NCBI GenBank assembly: GCA_964578535.1
Contig: CAZODI010000007.1
Location: forward strand, 18,785 to 82,784
From: an uncultured Syntrophaceae bacterium
GTDB lineage: Bacteria > Desulfobacterota > Syntrophia > Syntrophales > PHBD01
Direction: 5' to 3'
Length of the DNA stretch: 64,000 bases
Under the pieces are notes generated by a model that worked only from the letters and a program-made list of their open reading frames with translations, did no database searches and was not told the origin of the DNA. The position numbers were made by a program, and so were the translations under genes. The first letter of the stretch is position 1, and each line of letters opens with the position of its first letter. Shown here piece after piece: positions 34,901 through 42,159 of the stretch.

Positions 34901-36216
34901 ACGCCGTCTTTCGCCCCCTGGCCGTACTCCAGGGTGAGTTTGGCCGTTCCGGAGCCGTAGAGCTCCTTGTTGATCTCGATGTTGCGGTCGGCGGAGAGGG
35001 TGAGGGTGTTTCCTGACCAGGTGATGGGATCGTTGACGAAGATGTCGCCGTTGCCCTCGGCGGCGCCGTCGGAGCTCCGGATCGTGAGGCTGGTGTTGGC
35101 CAGGGCTGCGGTCGCCGCGGCGCCGGTCATGTCACCGCCGCTTTCGGCGATGGTGAAGTCCCGGGGATCGATGAGCCAGAGGCCCGTGGCGCCGCTCTCG
35201 GCCCGGGTGGTGACCCGGGCATCGTCCTTGACGGTCACCGTGGCCGCGGAGGTCTCGATGAATCCCCCGTCGCCGCCATTGGGGGCGGAGGCGTCGAGGG
35301 TTCCGCCGACGACCACGGTTCCCCGGTCCCCGTCGGCCAGGAGGAGGATCCGGCCGGAGCGGTTCTCCAGGGTCCTGGCCTCGATGACGCCGGAGTGGTT
35401 CACCACGGCCCGGGTGAGCTCGCCGGCGGCCATGGCCGAGAGGATCACCGTCCCGCCGTCGGCCCGGATCAGCCCCCCGTTCTCGATGAGGGCATCCACG
35501 GCCCCCTGGGGGATGGTGAAGCTGATGAGGCGGTCCCCGGCAAAGTCGAGGTTCACCCTGTCCCCGGCGGCCATGGCCACCATGCCGTTGACGGCGTCAA
35601 TCTCTCCGGTGTAGGAGATGGCCGGGGAGAGGAAGGCGACATAGCCGCCGTCGTCGGCGGTGATCTTCCCCTCGTTGACGATGCGGCCGGTCGTCCCGGA
35701 AGCGGCAAAGGCATGGTTTCCGGCCAGGAAGTTCTCGTCGGTGATGTTGAGGGTGGAGGCCACGAGTCCGCCGACATTGACCTGGGCGGTGGGACTGAAG
35801 TAGATGCCCGCGGGATTGACGAGGAAGACCTGGCCGTTGGCGGAGAGGCGGCCGTAGATCTGGCTGGGGGTCTGGTCGAGGACCCGGTTGAGGGCGACGC
35901 TGGAGGACCCGGGCTGCCGGAAGGTGACGGAGGCGTCGCGGCCGATGTTGAAGGTGTTCCAGTAGGCGATCAGGCGTTCGGTCTGCTGGGTGACGGTCAT
36001 GGAGGAGCCGGTCTGGGCGATGCTGCCCTGGCCGGAGACGATCTGTCCGCCCGTGGGGAGGGCATTGGAATCGAGGGCACAGGCCGGGGCGGATCCCGCC
36101 GCAATCATGAAAAAAACCAGCGCCGGAAGGAACGATCCGGTACCGATGCCCTGTCTCCTGCCGGCCGCGGGAGTGGCCGTCTTCTTCCTGCCGATGTGCA
36201 TAAGATGTCGTTTCAT
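31936..36216 (-). CDS. two-partner-secretion exoprotein (TpsA / filamentous haemagglutinin-like) with GLUG and MBG(YDG) repeats
   Basis: ATG 36216 after AAAGGA. Signal peptide, then a TPS domain (NALPTGGQIVSGQGSI...ALNRVL...LVNPAGIYF). A long run of GGLVG.N.G.I..S...G.V.G (GLUG-type) repeats follows, then KVYDGTT-type MBG repeats, then a 175-aa unassigned C-terminus. Confidence 0.9.
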   Translation of the reverse strand: MKRHLMHIGRKKTATPAAGRRQGIGTGSFLPALVFFMIAAGSAPACALDSNALPTGGQIVSGQGSIAQTGSSMTVTQQTERLIAYWNTFNIGRDASVTFRQPGSSSVALNRVLDQTPSQIYGRLSANGQVFLVNPAGIYFSPTAQVNVGGLVASTLNITDENFLAGNHAFAASGTTGRIVNEGKITADDGGYVAFLSPAISYTGEIDAVNGMVAMAAGDRVNLDFAGDRLISFTIPQGAVDALIENGGLIRADGGTVILSAMAAGELTRAVVNHSGVIEARTLENRSGRILLLADGDRGTVVVGGTLDASAPNGGDGGFIETSAATVTVKDDARVTTRAESGATGLWLIDPRDFTIAESGGDMTGAAATAALANTSLTIRSSDGAAEGNGDIFVNDPITWSGNTLTLSADRNIEINKELYGSGTAKLTLEYGQGAKDGVINGTAADYFINARVYLPEGENLRTRLGSEGTEKIFTVITRLGAEGSRTGTDLQGMNGDLTKNYALGADIDAKVTDTWNETMERPSVCYGFKPIGDDANPYTGTFEGLGHTISNIYIKNRQVSSGGLFGAVGTSGKIRNVGLSGGTITGSGSLGALVGRNFGNVINSYSTATVNGTAAMNDEYNGTGGLVGYNEGTITGSSHGNGKVTGVGYVGGLVGDNRGTIRDSSNSGPVSGDMFVGGIAGISRGNNGKIINSRNSGTVTANTGDGGGIAGQNEGIITGSENTGTVTGLARIGGLVGTNFGSITRSGNSGEIRNLPDADLIDAGGLAGKNDLGGSIEESWNTGTVTGSKRTGGLAGLNGGRIENSYNRGTVTGTSEVGGVAGWNMNTVTGSFNNGSVTGTSNVGGLVGQNSGRVADTYSTGTVSGNASVGGLVGTNDAGGTITNSYSTGKVSGTSEVGGLVGTNSGTVTGSFWDIETSGRTVSAAGIGKTTAEMKNLATFASAGWDIDDAGQTGKTWRIYDGCTYPLLRNFMTPATVVLSDAGRTKVYDGTTGIKNGSYAWTNVPDDFDESKVSGSAVYTTEGKDVGTYSVTVGGLYSGQQGYDIKGDGTSTITITPRDVTVRYTGNDKVYDGTTAATVTGSSSDIIDGDSVSFNQTADFDDENVGTGKSIHVTDISLDGTDSGNYKLQHSTATASADITPAPLTVTANDDRKLYDGAAYSGGNGVTYAGFVNGEDSSVLGGLLAYGGSSQGAVEAGTYSIDPSGLTSNNYNLGFVNGTLTVVAVSPPDVNPSGTVNPPGTIRPPLAVIEAARENIRHTADLRHREERIFFASASFLAPVIIRTAGPTTTLLTGGATTPGSMNGTATLPIYVQDKRSAPAPAGTFEVRESSTAISLTRTASAPTGTAPGVDNTTPEMSVSFSLTAANGMTSRLTATVTPDGVLIVRNGDSSLPVDTMEAVLMGLQVARQEMETKPADLMSVVFIR

Positions 36217-36226
36217 GTCGTTTCCT

Positions 36227-37969
36227 TTAGAAAAAGAGCATGAACTCAAGGCCGAAGCGGCCGTTCGAGTCGAGGTTCTCGGCATCCAGTCCGGTGGAGC
36301 TGCGCCCGTCGTTTTCGCCGATCCTGTGTGCGTAGTAGGCGCGCAGGCTGTACAGGCCGGATTTTCCAACCTGGAACCCGAGGCCGGCGCCGGAGAGCCG
36401 GTATTCGTTCTTGCCGGTCGCGTTTGTGACGGCCCCCGGCCAGAGATCCTTGTAGAGCCGGATCCAGCCGGTATCGATGAACCCGATGAACTGTGCGGCG
36501 GCCCAGGGAGGCATGAACGGCAAGGCCAGGCGGGTCTCGAATGTGAGGATGTGCCCCTCCGATCCGCAGGCCTCCAGCCCCGAATAGGCACGGACGCCGG
36601 AATCGCCGCCGAGGTGGAACTGATGCGCGGCGTCGAGATTGTCCGAGGCGAATTGCCCCCGAACCCATCCGAAGAGGGAGACCAGGCGGTTCAGGTTCTG
36701 GAGGCGTGACAGCGAATAGCTCAGCTTGAAGGCCCCGCCGGCTGCTCCTGGGCCTGCGCCATCGCTGGATTCGTCATCGGTGTTTCCCGACAGGTCCGCA
36801 CGGGTCCCCGACACCGAGAGCAGGGCGTCCGTCCGTCCGCCGCCCCGGAAGGCGTCGGCGAGGTTGCCCGACAGGAAAAGGGCCGCCGAGGATACCCGCC
36901 TGTCGCTGATGTTGACGCCGGCGGCCTCCGATCCCAGGATCTGGTGCTCCAGTTCCAGTCCCGTCCGGACGTCGGCGCCGCGGGAACGGAGCAGGGGATA
37001 TTCGATCTTCGCGCCGATGACATCACCCCGGAATTTCATGTCGAGGGATGCAAATTCTTCCCCGGGCTGGCCGGCCAAGCCGATATAGGACAGGGTTCCG
37101 TTCCATCCCGTCGATCCGAAAGGGACGCTGTAATAGACGGCGGCCCCGATCGAACGTTCGGCACCCATCACGAGGAGTCTGATTCTGTCTCCGATTCCCA
37201 GGGGATCGTTGGCGGCAATCATGCCGAAGCCTTGCACTGTTCCGGTAAACCGTGAGCCGAAGCTGTTGCCGGCCAGAGATCTCTGGAAGATCGGCCCTTC
37301 GGAGGCATGGACGACGATCCGGGTTGTGCCGGGTGTCTCCGCCGGTTCCAGGGAGACCCGGGCGTTGATGCCGGGCAGATCGTTCATGAGCAGGGCCGCC
37401 CGCTCGATGTCCTCCATCCGGGCGGAGCCGTCCGCCGGCAGGGACCGTTCGACAATCCCCTGCAGGAGGGTGGGGCGGATCCGGTGGGGGCCCTGCATGT
37501 CGATCCGGACCTGCCCGTCGAAACGCCCGGCGAGGATGGCAATCTCGACGATGCCCTCGGTGATGTCCTGTCGGGGAAGGTACGCCCGGGCCAGGAACAG
37601 CTCTTTTTTTTCCCGGAGGTAATTGGTGACGAGGGCAGCCGCCCGCTGCAGATCGGTCATGCCCAGTTGCTTCCCGATGCTGTCTTTGACCAGGGCCTGC
37701 AACTCGGCCTCCGGGACAATTCCTGTGCCGCCGGTGAAACGGAACTCCCTGACCAGGACCCTGATCCCCGAATCCTTTTCGGGGCCTTCCTTGGCTTTCT
37801 TCTCCCGCTCCACAGCGGGCGGCGGCTGGCGGTCCGGAACGGGTGAAACGGACTGCTTCCATTCCTTGAGCAGCGTTCCGGGATCGGGGGGAGAAACGGC
37901 GGCTGCCGTGCCGCACAGCAGGGTGACAACCAGGACCGGGCACAGAAAAAGGGATGGCAAACGTTTCAT
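36227..37969 (-). CDS. TpsB transporter (ShlB/FhaC/HecB family, POTRA + 16-strand barrel)
   Basis: Signal peptide, a POTRA-like segment (IRVLVREFRFTGGTGI...) and an Omp85-type C-terminal barrel ending ...GRFGLEFMLFF. Its stop lies 10 nt upstream of the tpsA ATG. Confidence 0.9.
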   Translation of the reverse strand: MKRLPSLFLCPVLVVTLLCGTAAAVSPPDPGTLLKEWKQSVSPVPDRQPPPAVEREKKAKEGPEKDSGIRVLVREFRFTGGTGIVPEAELQALVKDSIGKQLGMTDLQRAAALVTNYLREKKELFLARAYLPRQDITEGIVEIAILAGRFDGQVRIDMQGPHRIRPTLLQGIVERSLPADGSARMEDIERAALLMNDLPGINARVSLEPAETPGTTRIVVHASEGPIFQRSLAGNSFGSRFTGTVQGFGMIAANDPLGIGDRIRLLVMGAERSIGAAVYYSVPFGSTGWNGTLSYIGLAGQPGEEFASLDMKFRGDVIGAKIEYPLLRSRGADVRTGLELEHQILGSEAAGVNISDRRVSSAALFLSGNLADAFRGGGRTDALLSVSGTRADLSGNTDDESSDGAGPGAAGGAFKLSYSLSRLQNLNRLVSLFGWVRGQFASDNLDAAHQFHLGGDSGVRAYSGLEACGSEGHILTFETRLALPFMPPWAAAQFIGFIDTGWIRLYKDLWPGAVTNATGKNEYRLSGAGLGFQVGKSGLYSLRAYYAHRIGENDGRSSTGLDAENLDSNGRFGLEFMLFF

Positions 37970-37982
37970 AAAGGTTCTTTCT

Positions 37983-37998
37983 TGCAGGCATGCCTGCA
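37983..37998. promoter_or_regulatory. perfect 16-bp palindrome just upstream of the tpsB start
   Basis: tgcaggcatgcctgca is its own reverse complement and lies 14 nt upstream of the tpsB ATG (37969). It could be an operator or a 5'-UTR hairpin. Confidence 0.3.
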
Positions 37999-38269
37999 GC
38001 GGGTGAAGTCCACTCCGCGGGGCGCGGGCGCCGCGAGTATCCGGATGTTGAATGGTCGGGATGACGGGGAAGGCTGGAATATGTCGGGACGACAGATAGG
38101 ATGAAACCGGAAGGGGGACAACGCTTGATAAACTTGTATGGAACTCTTATTCGGTTTAGGTATTAAGAGGTTGCCGTTTCCTTGTAAAAGTGGATGAAAT
38201 ACAGGACCTCTTTCGGTATCGTGGTTGCGTTTCCGAAATTGCTGAAGATAAGGAGGCCGGATCCCGCCG

Positions 38270-39070
38270 ATGCAATCGCGGTATTTTGAGATCTCTGTTC
38301 ACGGCCGTCACCTGGCGGTCCAGGCTGTCGGGCCGGCAGGCGCATCCCGGGAAAGATCGGCACAGGCACTCCTGTTTCTCCACGAAGGCCTGGGCAGCAT
38401 CGGCCAGTGGCGGGACTTCCCGGATGCCCTTTGCGCCCGGACGGGAACGGCGGGATTCGTCTACGACCGCCTCGGACACGGCCGCTCCGATCCGCTTCCC
38501 GCTCCCCGGACGGTCCGCTATCTCCACGACGAGGCCCTGGACGTCCTGCCGGCGGTGCTGCATGCACTGGACTTGGACCGGCCGGTCCTCGTGGGACACA
38601 GCGACGGCGGAACCATCGCCCTCCTCTTTGCAGCGGAATATCCGGATCGGGTCCGGGGGGTGATCACCGAGGCGGCCCACGTCTTCGTCGAAGAGGAGAC
38701 CATCCGGGGAATCCGGGAGGCCGTCGAGCTCTACCGGACCACGGACCTGCGGGAGCGGATGGCCCGCTATCACGGCGACAAGGTGGATGCGGTCTTCTCC
38801 GGCTGGGCGGATACCTGGCTCTCGGCGGAGTTCCGGCACTGGAACGTCGAATCCTTCCTGCCCCGGGTTTCCTGTCCGCTCCTGGTCATCCAGGGAGCCG
38901 ACGACCGGTACGGGACGCCGGCCCAGGTGGAGGCCATCGTCCGGCAGGCCGCCGGCCCGGCGGAGGTGCTTCTGCTTCCCGGCTGCGGCCATGTTCCCCA
39001 TCAGCAGGCCCGCGACCGGGTCCTCCCGGCCATGGTCCGGTTCATTGGATCGCTTGCCGGGCCGGCCTGA
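38270..39070 (+). CDS. alpha/beta-fold hydrolase
   Basis: SD AAGGAGG. HEGLGS, nucleophile elbow GHSDGG and a C-terminal GCGHVPH. Confidence 0.85.
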   Translation: MQSRYFEISVHGRHLAVQAVGPAGASRERSAQALLFLHEGLGSIGQWRDFPDALCARTGTAGFVYDRLGHGRSDPLPAPRTVRYLHDEALDVLPAVLHALDLDRPVLVGHSDGGTIALLFAAEYPDRVRGVITEAAHVFVEEETIRGIREAVELYRTTDLRERMARYHGDKVDAVFSGWADTWLSAEFRHWNVESFLPRVSCPLLVIQGADDRYGTPAQVEAIVRQAAGPAEVLLLPGCGHVPHQQARDRVLPAMVRFIGSLAGPA

Positions 39071-39111
39071 CGCCTCCAATGGGGAGAGTACCTCCCCCGC
39101 CGGGAAGATAG

Positions 39112-39141
39112 TTGAACTTCATGAAGAATTGGTGATATAAA
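39112..39141 (+). promoter_or_regulatory. candidate sigma70-type promoter for the lipoprotein gene
   Basis: TTGAAC (39112-39117), an 18-nt spacer, then TATAAA (39136-39141). It lies ~55 nt upstream of ATG 39197, in an AT-rich patch. Confidence 0.35.
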
Positions 39142-39196
39142 GAACCACCCTGATACAATCCACCTCAGAGTCCTTTGCAGACCGAAGGAGAGTCCC

Positions 39197-40507
39197 ATGA
39201 CCGGGCCGTGTCGACCGCCTTGCAGATTTCTCCTGACCTGCCTGATCCTTGCCCTGGGAATGACCGCCTGTGCTCAGGTCAAGGTGAACACCCTCCCGTC
39301 CCCGCCACCCACGGCCAAACTTCGGGTCTTCTTCCTGCCGGTCTCCGACGCCCTTTCCGGCAGGCTGCACTGGGCGATGTCCCACAATCAATACGCGGAA
39401 AACATGGCCCGGCCGCTGGTGCGATTCCTGCGAGCCACGGGGATTTACGAGATCGTTCCCCAGGGTGACGTGGATGCTGTCCTGGAGGGGCGGAGCACCG
39501 AGGACATTCTGTGGCAGCGCAGAGACTGGGAATTCGCCAGAAGGGTCGGCCGGGCTCTCCACGCTGATTATATCGTCATCACCCGCCGGGGTTTCCAGGG
39601 ATTTTTCTTCTTCCAGACGCTCTGGATCAATCTCGAGACGGGCAAGGTCTTCGAGAGCAAGGACCATCCAGGAACGTTCCTGCAGGGAAGGAGTCATCGG
39701 GACGAATTCCAGAAGATCGTCCGCCAGACCTACAGAGAGGTCTTTCAGCAGGCCAAGGGAGACCTCCTGGCCACGGCAATCCGGAAGGGCCGGACCATGG
39801 AGCGGATGGGGCCGCCGGGGATGCCGGCCGTGCCCGTGACCGAAGCGAGGCCGGAGAAAGAGCCGCCCGCGGAAACTCCCGCGGCCGTGGCAGCGGCACC
39901 CAAGAGGGTACCGCCGGACAGGCCGAGAAAAGTGCTGAGGCCGAGGGAGAAGACGCCTTTGCCCCCTGAGCCGGTCGTGGAGGCGAAGAAGCCGTCTTCG
40001 CCTCCCTCCGGGGTTCCCGCGATGACGGATCGGCAACAGCCGACCGCCGAGCAGGCCATGCGAACCCGCGAACGGATGCCCATGATGCAGTCCGCCCTGG
40101 AGCCCGGAAAAACGCGCCTGGTCGTCTACGATCTGGAGACGACACAGCCCATGCAGATTGCCGGCCTGATCCTCACGGAGGCCCTCCGGGAAGAGATTCT
40201 GAAGCTCGGTTCTTTCGATCTGGTCAATCGGGAAGACCTGACCCGGGCCATGGATGAGCTGAAGCTCCAGCAGTCCGGCCTGGTCCAGGAAAAGGACGCC
40301 GTGAAGATGGGCCGCTGGCTGGCGGCGAGGCAGTCCGTCACGGGCCGTCTCGGATCTCTGGGAAGCACGACGGTCCTGCAGACGAAACGGACCGACATCG
40401 AGACGATGGGAACGCTCTCTGCCGGTTCCCTCAAGGCCCCGGTCGGCCGGGAAGAGGATCTTCTCAACGAACTTCCGGACCTGGCAAAGAAAATCACGCA
40501 GAAGTAG
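39197..40507 (+). CDS. lipoprotein with Pro-rich linker and C-terminal LpoB/CsgG-like domain
   Basis: Lipobox-like LALGMTAC. The central linker is rich in P, E, K and A. The C-terminal region (RLVVYDLETTQPMQIAGLILTEALREEILKLGSFDLVNREDLTRAMDELKLQQSG...) resembles the periplasmic LpoB/CsgG-type fold also seen in the 49483 protein. Confidence 0.7.
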   Translation: MTGPCRPPCRFLLTCLILALGMTACAQVKVNTLPSPPPTAKLRVFFLPVSDALSGRLHWAMSHNQYAENMARPLVRFLRATGIYEIVPQGDVDAVLEGRSTEDILWQRRDWEFARRVGRALHADYIVITRRGFQGFFFFQTLWINLETGKVFESKDHPGTFLQGRSHRDEFQKIVRQTYREVFQQAKGDLLATAIRKGRTMERMGPPGMPAVPVTEARPEKEPPAETPAAVAAAPKRVPPDRPRKVLRPREKTPLPPEPVVEAKKPSSPPSGVPAMTDRQQPTAEQAMRTRERMPMMQSALEPGKTRLVVYDLETTQPMQIAGLILTEALREEILKLGSFDLVNREDLTRAMDELKLQQSGLVQEKDAVKMGRWLAARQSVTGRLGSLGSTTVLQTKRTDIETMGTLSAGSLKAPVGREEDLLNELPDLAKKITQK

Positions 40508-40824
40508 CCTGTAAAGACCCGTTATCCGAAACCATTCCCGGGCTGCGCCGGCGGCCCGGGTGCGATTCGCGCTCTTCATCCCGCTCCCGTTGCCTCCCGT
40601 GCGCCCTCACCGCTCCGGCTTGGAGCCGGCATTTCTCATCCATTCACAGAGTTGTTTCAAAAACGGATTTTCGGAGGGGGATATCCGGCCGAAAATCCCG
40701 AAAAATAAAGATGGAAAGGAGGTGATCCTGAACAGGCCGCCGGAAAGCGGCTGTCCGCGAAGCTCGGGTTGCCACCAGGGGAACCGGAAAAGAGGACATC
40801 TTTTTTTCCGCAAAAGGAGGGATT

Positions 40825-42153
40825 ATGGCAGGAGTCTTCAAGGATTATGTGAAAAACAAGTTTGCCCGGCCCGGCCCGCTGAAGGGAGTCCGGGTCCTGG
40901 AGGTCTGCACGCTGCTGTTCGGGCCTTCGGGACCGTCGTTCCTGGCCGAGATGGGCGCCGAGGTCATCAAGATCGAACTTCCCCCCATGGGAGACGTGAC
41001 CCGTTCCCTGAACCCCTTCGGGTGGTTCTACAAGGAGCAGTCCCCCATGTTCATGCACATCAACCCAAACAAGTATTATATGGCCCTGGACCTCCATATC
41101 GACATGGGTCAGCAGATCTTCAAGGAACTAGCTGCCAGGGCCGACATCATCGAGTTCAACCTTCGTCCCGGCGTTACCCGGCGCTGGAACATCGGCTATG
41201 AACAGGTCAAGGAGGTCAACCCCGGCATCATCTACATCGAGAAGAACGGCTTCGGCCAATGGGGTCTCTATGCCGAACAGGACCGGCCCTCCAACGACGG
41301 CGCGGCCCAGGCCCTCTCGGGATACGCGTGGATATCGAGCTTTCCCGGCCGGCCTCCGCTCAAGCAGGCCATCTGGATCTGCGACTACTACGGCGGCCTC
41401 ATGGGGGAGGTGGCGGTGCTCGCGGCCCTGCACCATCGCCGGAAGACCGGCAAGGGTCAGTTCATCGAGATGTCCCAGAGCGAGAACATCATGCGGACCA
41501 TGGGCTGGGTCTGGCCCTATCAGCAGCTTGCCCAGAAGGGAGTCGAGCCGGCGGGGAACCGGGACCAGTGCATCTGTCCCGCCGACACGTTCCTCTGCAA
41601 GGACGGCCTCCTGGCGGCTCTGGCGGCCCCGGCTCCGGATGAGTTCCTGGGTCTCTGCAAGGCCATGGGAAGCCCCGAACTGGCGAAGGATCCCCGCTTC
41701 GCGGACCACGCCGTCCGCCTCCAGGACGAAAATGCCATGGCGATCCTGAAGATCATCGCCGACTGGGCGGCCACGAAGACGGCGGAGGAGATCGAGAGCC
41801 TCGGCAAGCAGAACGGATTCGCCGCCACGCGCCTTCACAACGCGGTTGATATGAATACGGATCCCCAGCGACGCCAGCGGGGCTTCGTGAAGGAGATCGA
41901 CGATCCCCTCTACGGCCGTTACCCGGAGCATGACTTTCCGGTCATGATGTCCCGGACGCCGCCGAAGATCAAGTGGACCGTCCGCCCCGTCGGTTTTGAC
42001 AACGACTTCATCATGACGAAGATTCTCGGACGAAACCAGACGCAGCTCGACGAGCTCTATCTCCACGGCGTGCTCGGAAAGTGGAAAGACCAGCAGGGAC
42101 GCCGTCCGCCCCCGGACTGGGACGGCCAGTCCGGCGCCATCGTGAGGAGGTGA
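40825..42153 (+). CDS. family III CoA-transferase (CaiB/BaiF; BbsE/BbsF-like), subunit 1
   Basis: GPLKGVRVLEVCTLLFGPSGPSFLAEMGAEVIKIELPPMGDVTRS matches the family III N-terminal signature. SD AAAGGAGGG. Confidence 0.9.
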   Translation: MAGVFKDYVKNKFARPGPLKGVRVLEVCTLLFGPSGPSFLAEMGAEVIKIELPPMGDVTRSLNPFGWFYKEQSPMFMHINPNKYYMALDLHIDMGQQIFKELAARADIIEFNLRPGVTRRWNIGYEQVKEVNPGIIYIEKNGFGQWGLYAEQDRPSNDGAAQALSGYAWISSFPGRPPLKQAIWICDYYGGLMGEVAVLAALHHRRKTGKGQFIEMSQSENIMRTMGWVWPYQQLAQKGVEPAGNRDQCICPADTFLCKDGLLAALAAPAPDEFLGLCKAMGSPELAKDPRFADHAVRLQDENAMAILKIIADWAATKTAEEIESLGKQNGFAATRLHNAVDMNTDPQRRQRGFVKEIDDPLYGRYPEHDFPVMMSRTPPKIKWTVRPVGFDNDFIMTKILGRNQTQLDELYLHGVLGKWKDQQGRRPPPDWDGQSGAIVRR

Positions 42154-42159
42154 TCGAAC

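Noticed and set aside
31936-36216. Contact-dependent inhibition (CdiA/CdiB/CdiI) interpretation of the TPS pair
   Set aside because: I see no VENN or similar pre-toxin motif. No small immunity-like ORF follows tpsA, since the next gene is a 1009-aa autotransporter 64 nt away. The gene order is tpsB-tpsA with an adhesin-type repeat architecture.
37981-38000. PstI/SphI polylinker-like sequence (tgcaggcatgcctgcag) as a sign of cloning-vector contamination
   Set aside because: Only about 17 nt resemble a polylinker, and the flanks are native-looking promoter/5'-UTR sequence continuous with tpsB. It is kept only as a palindrome of possible regulatory meaning.
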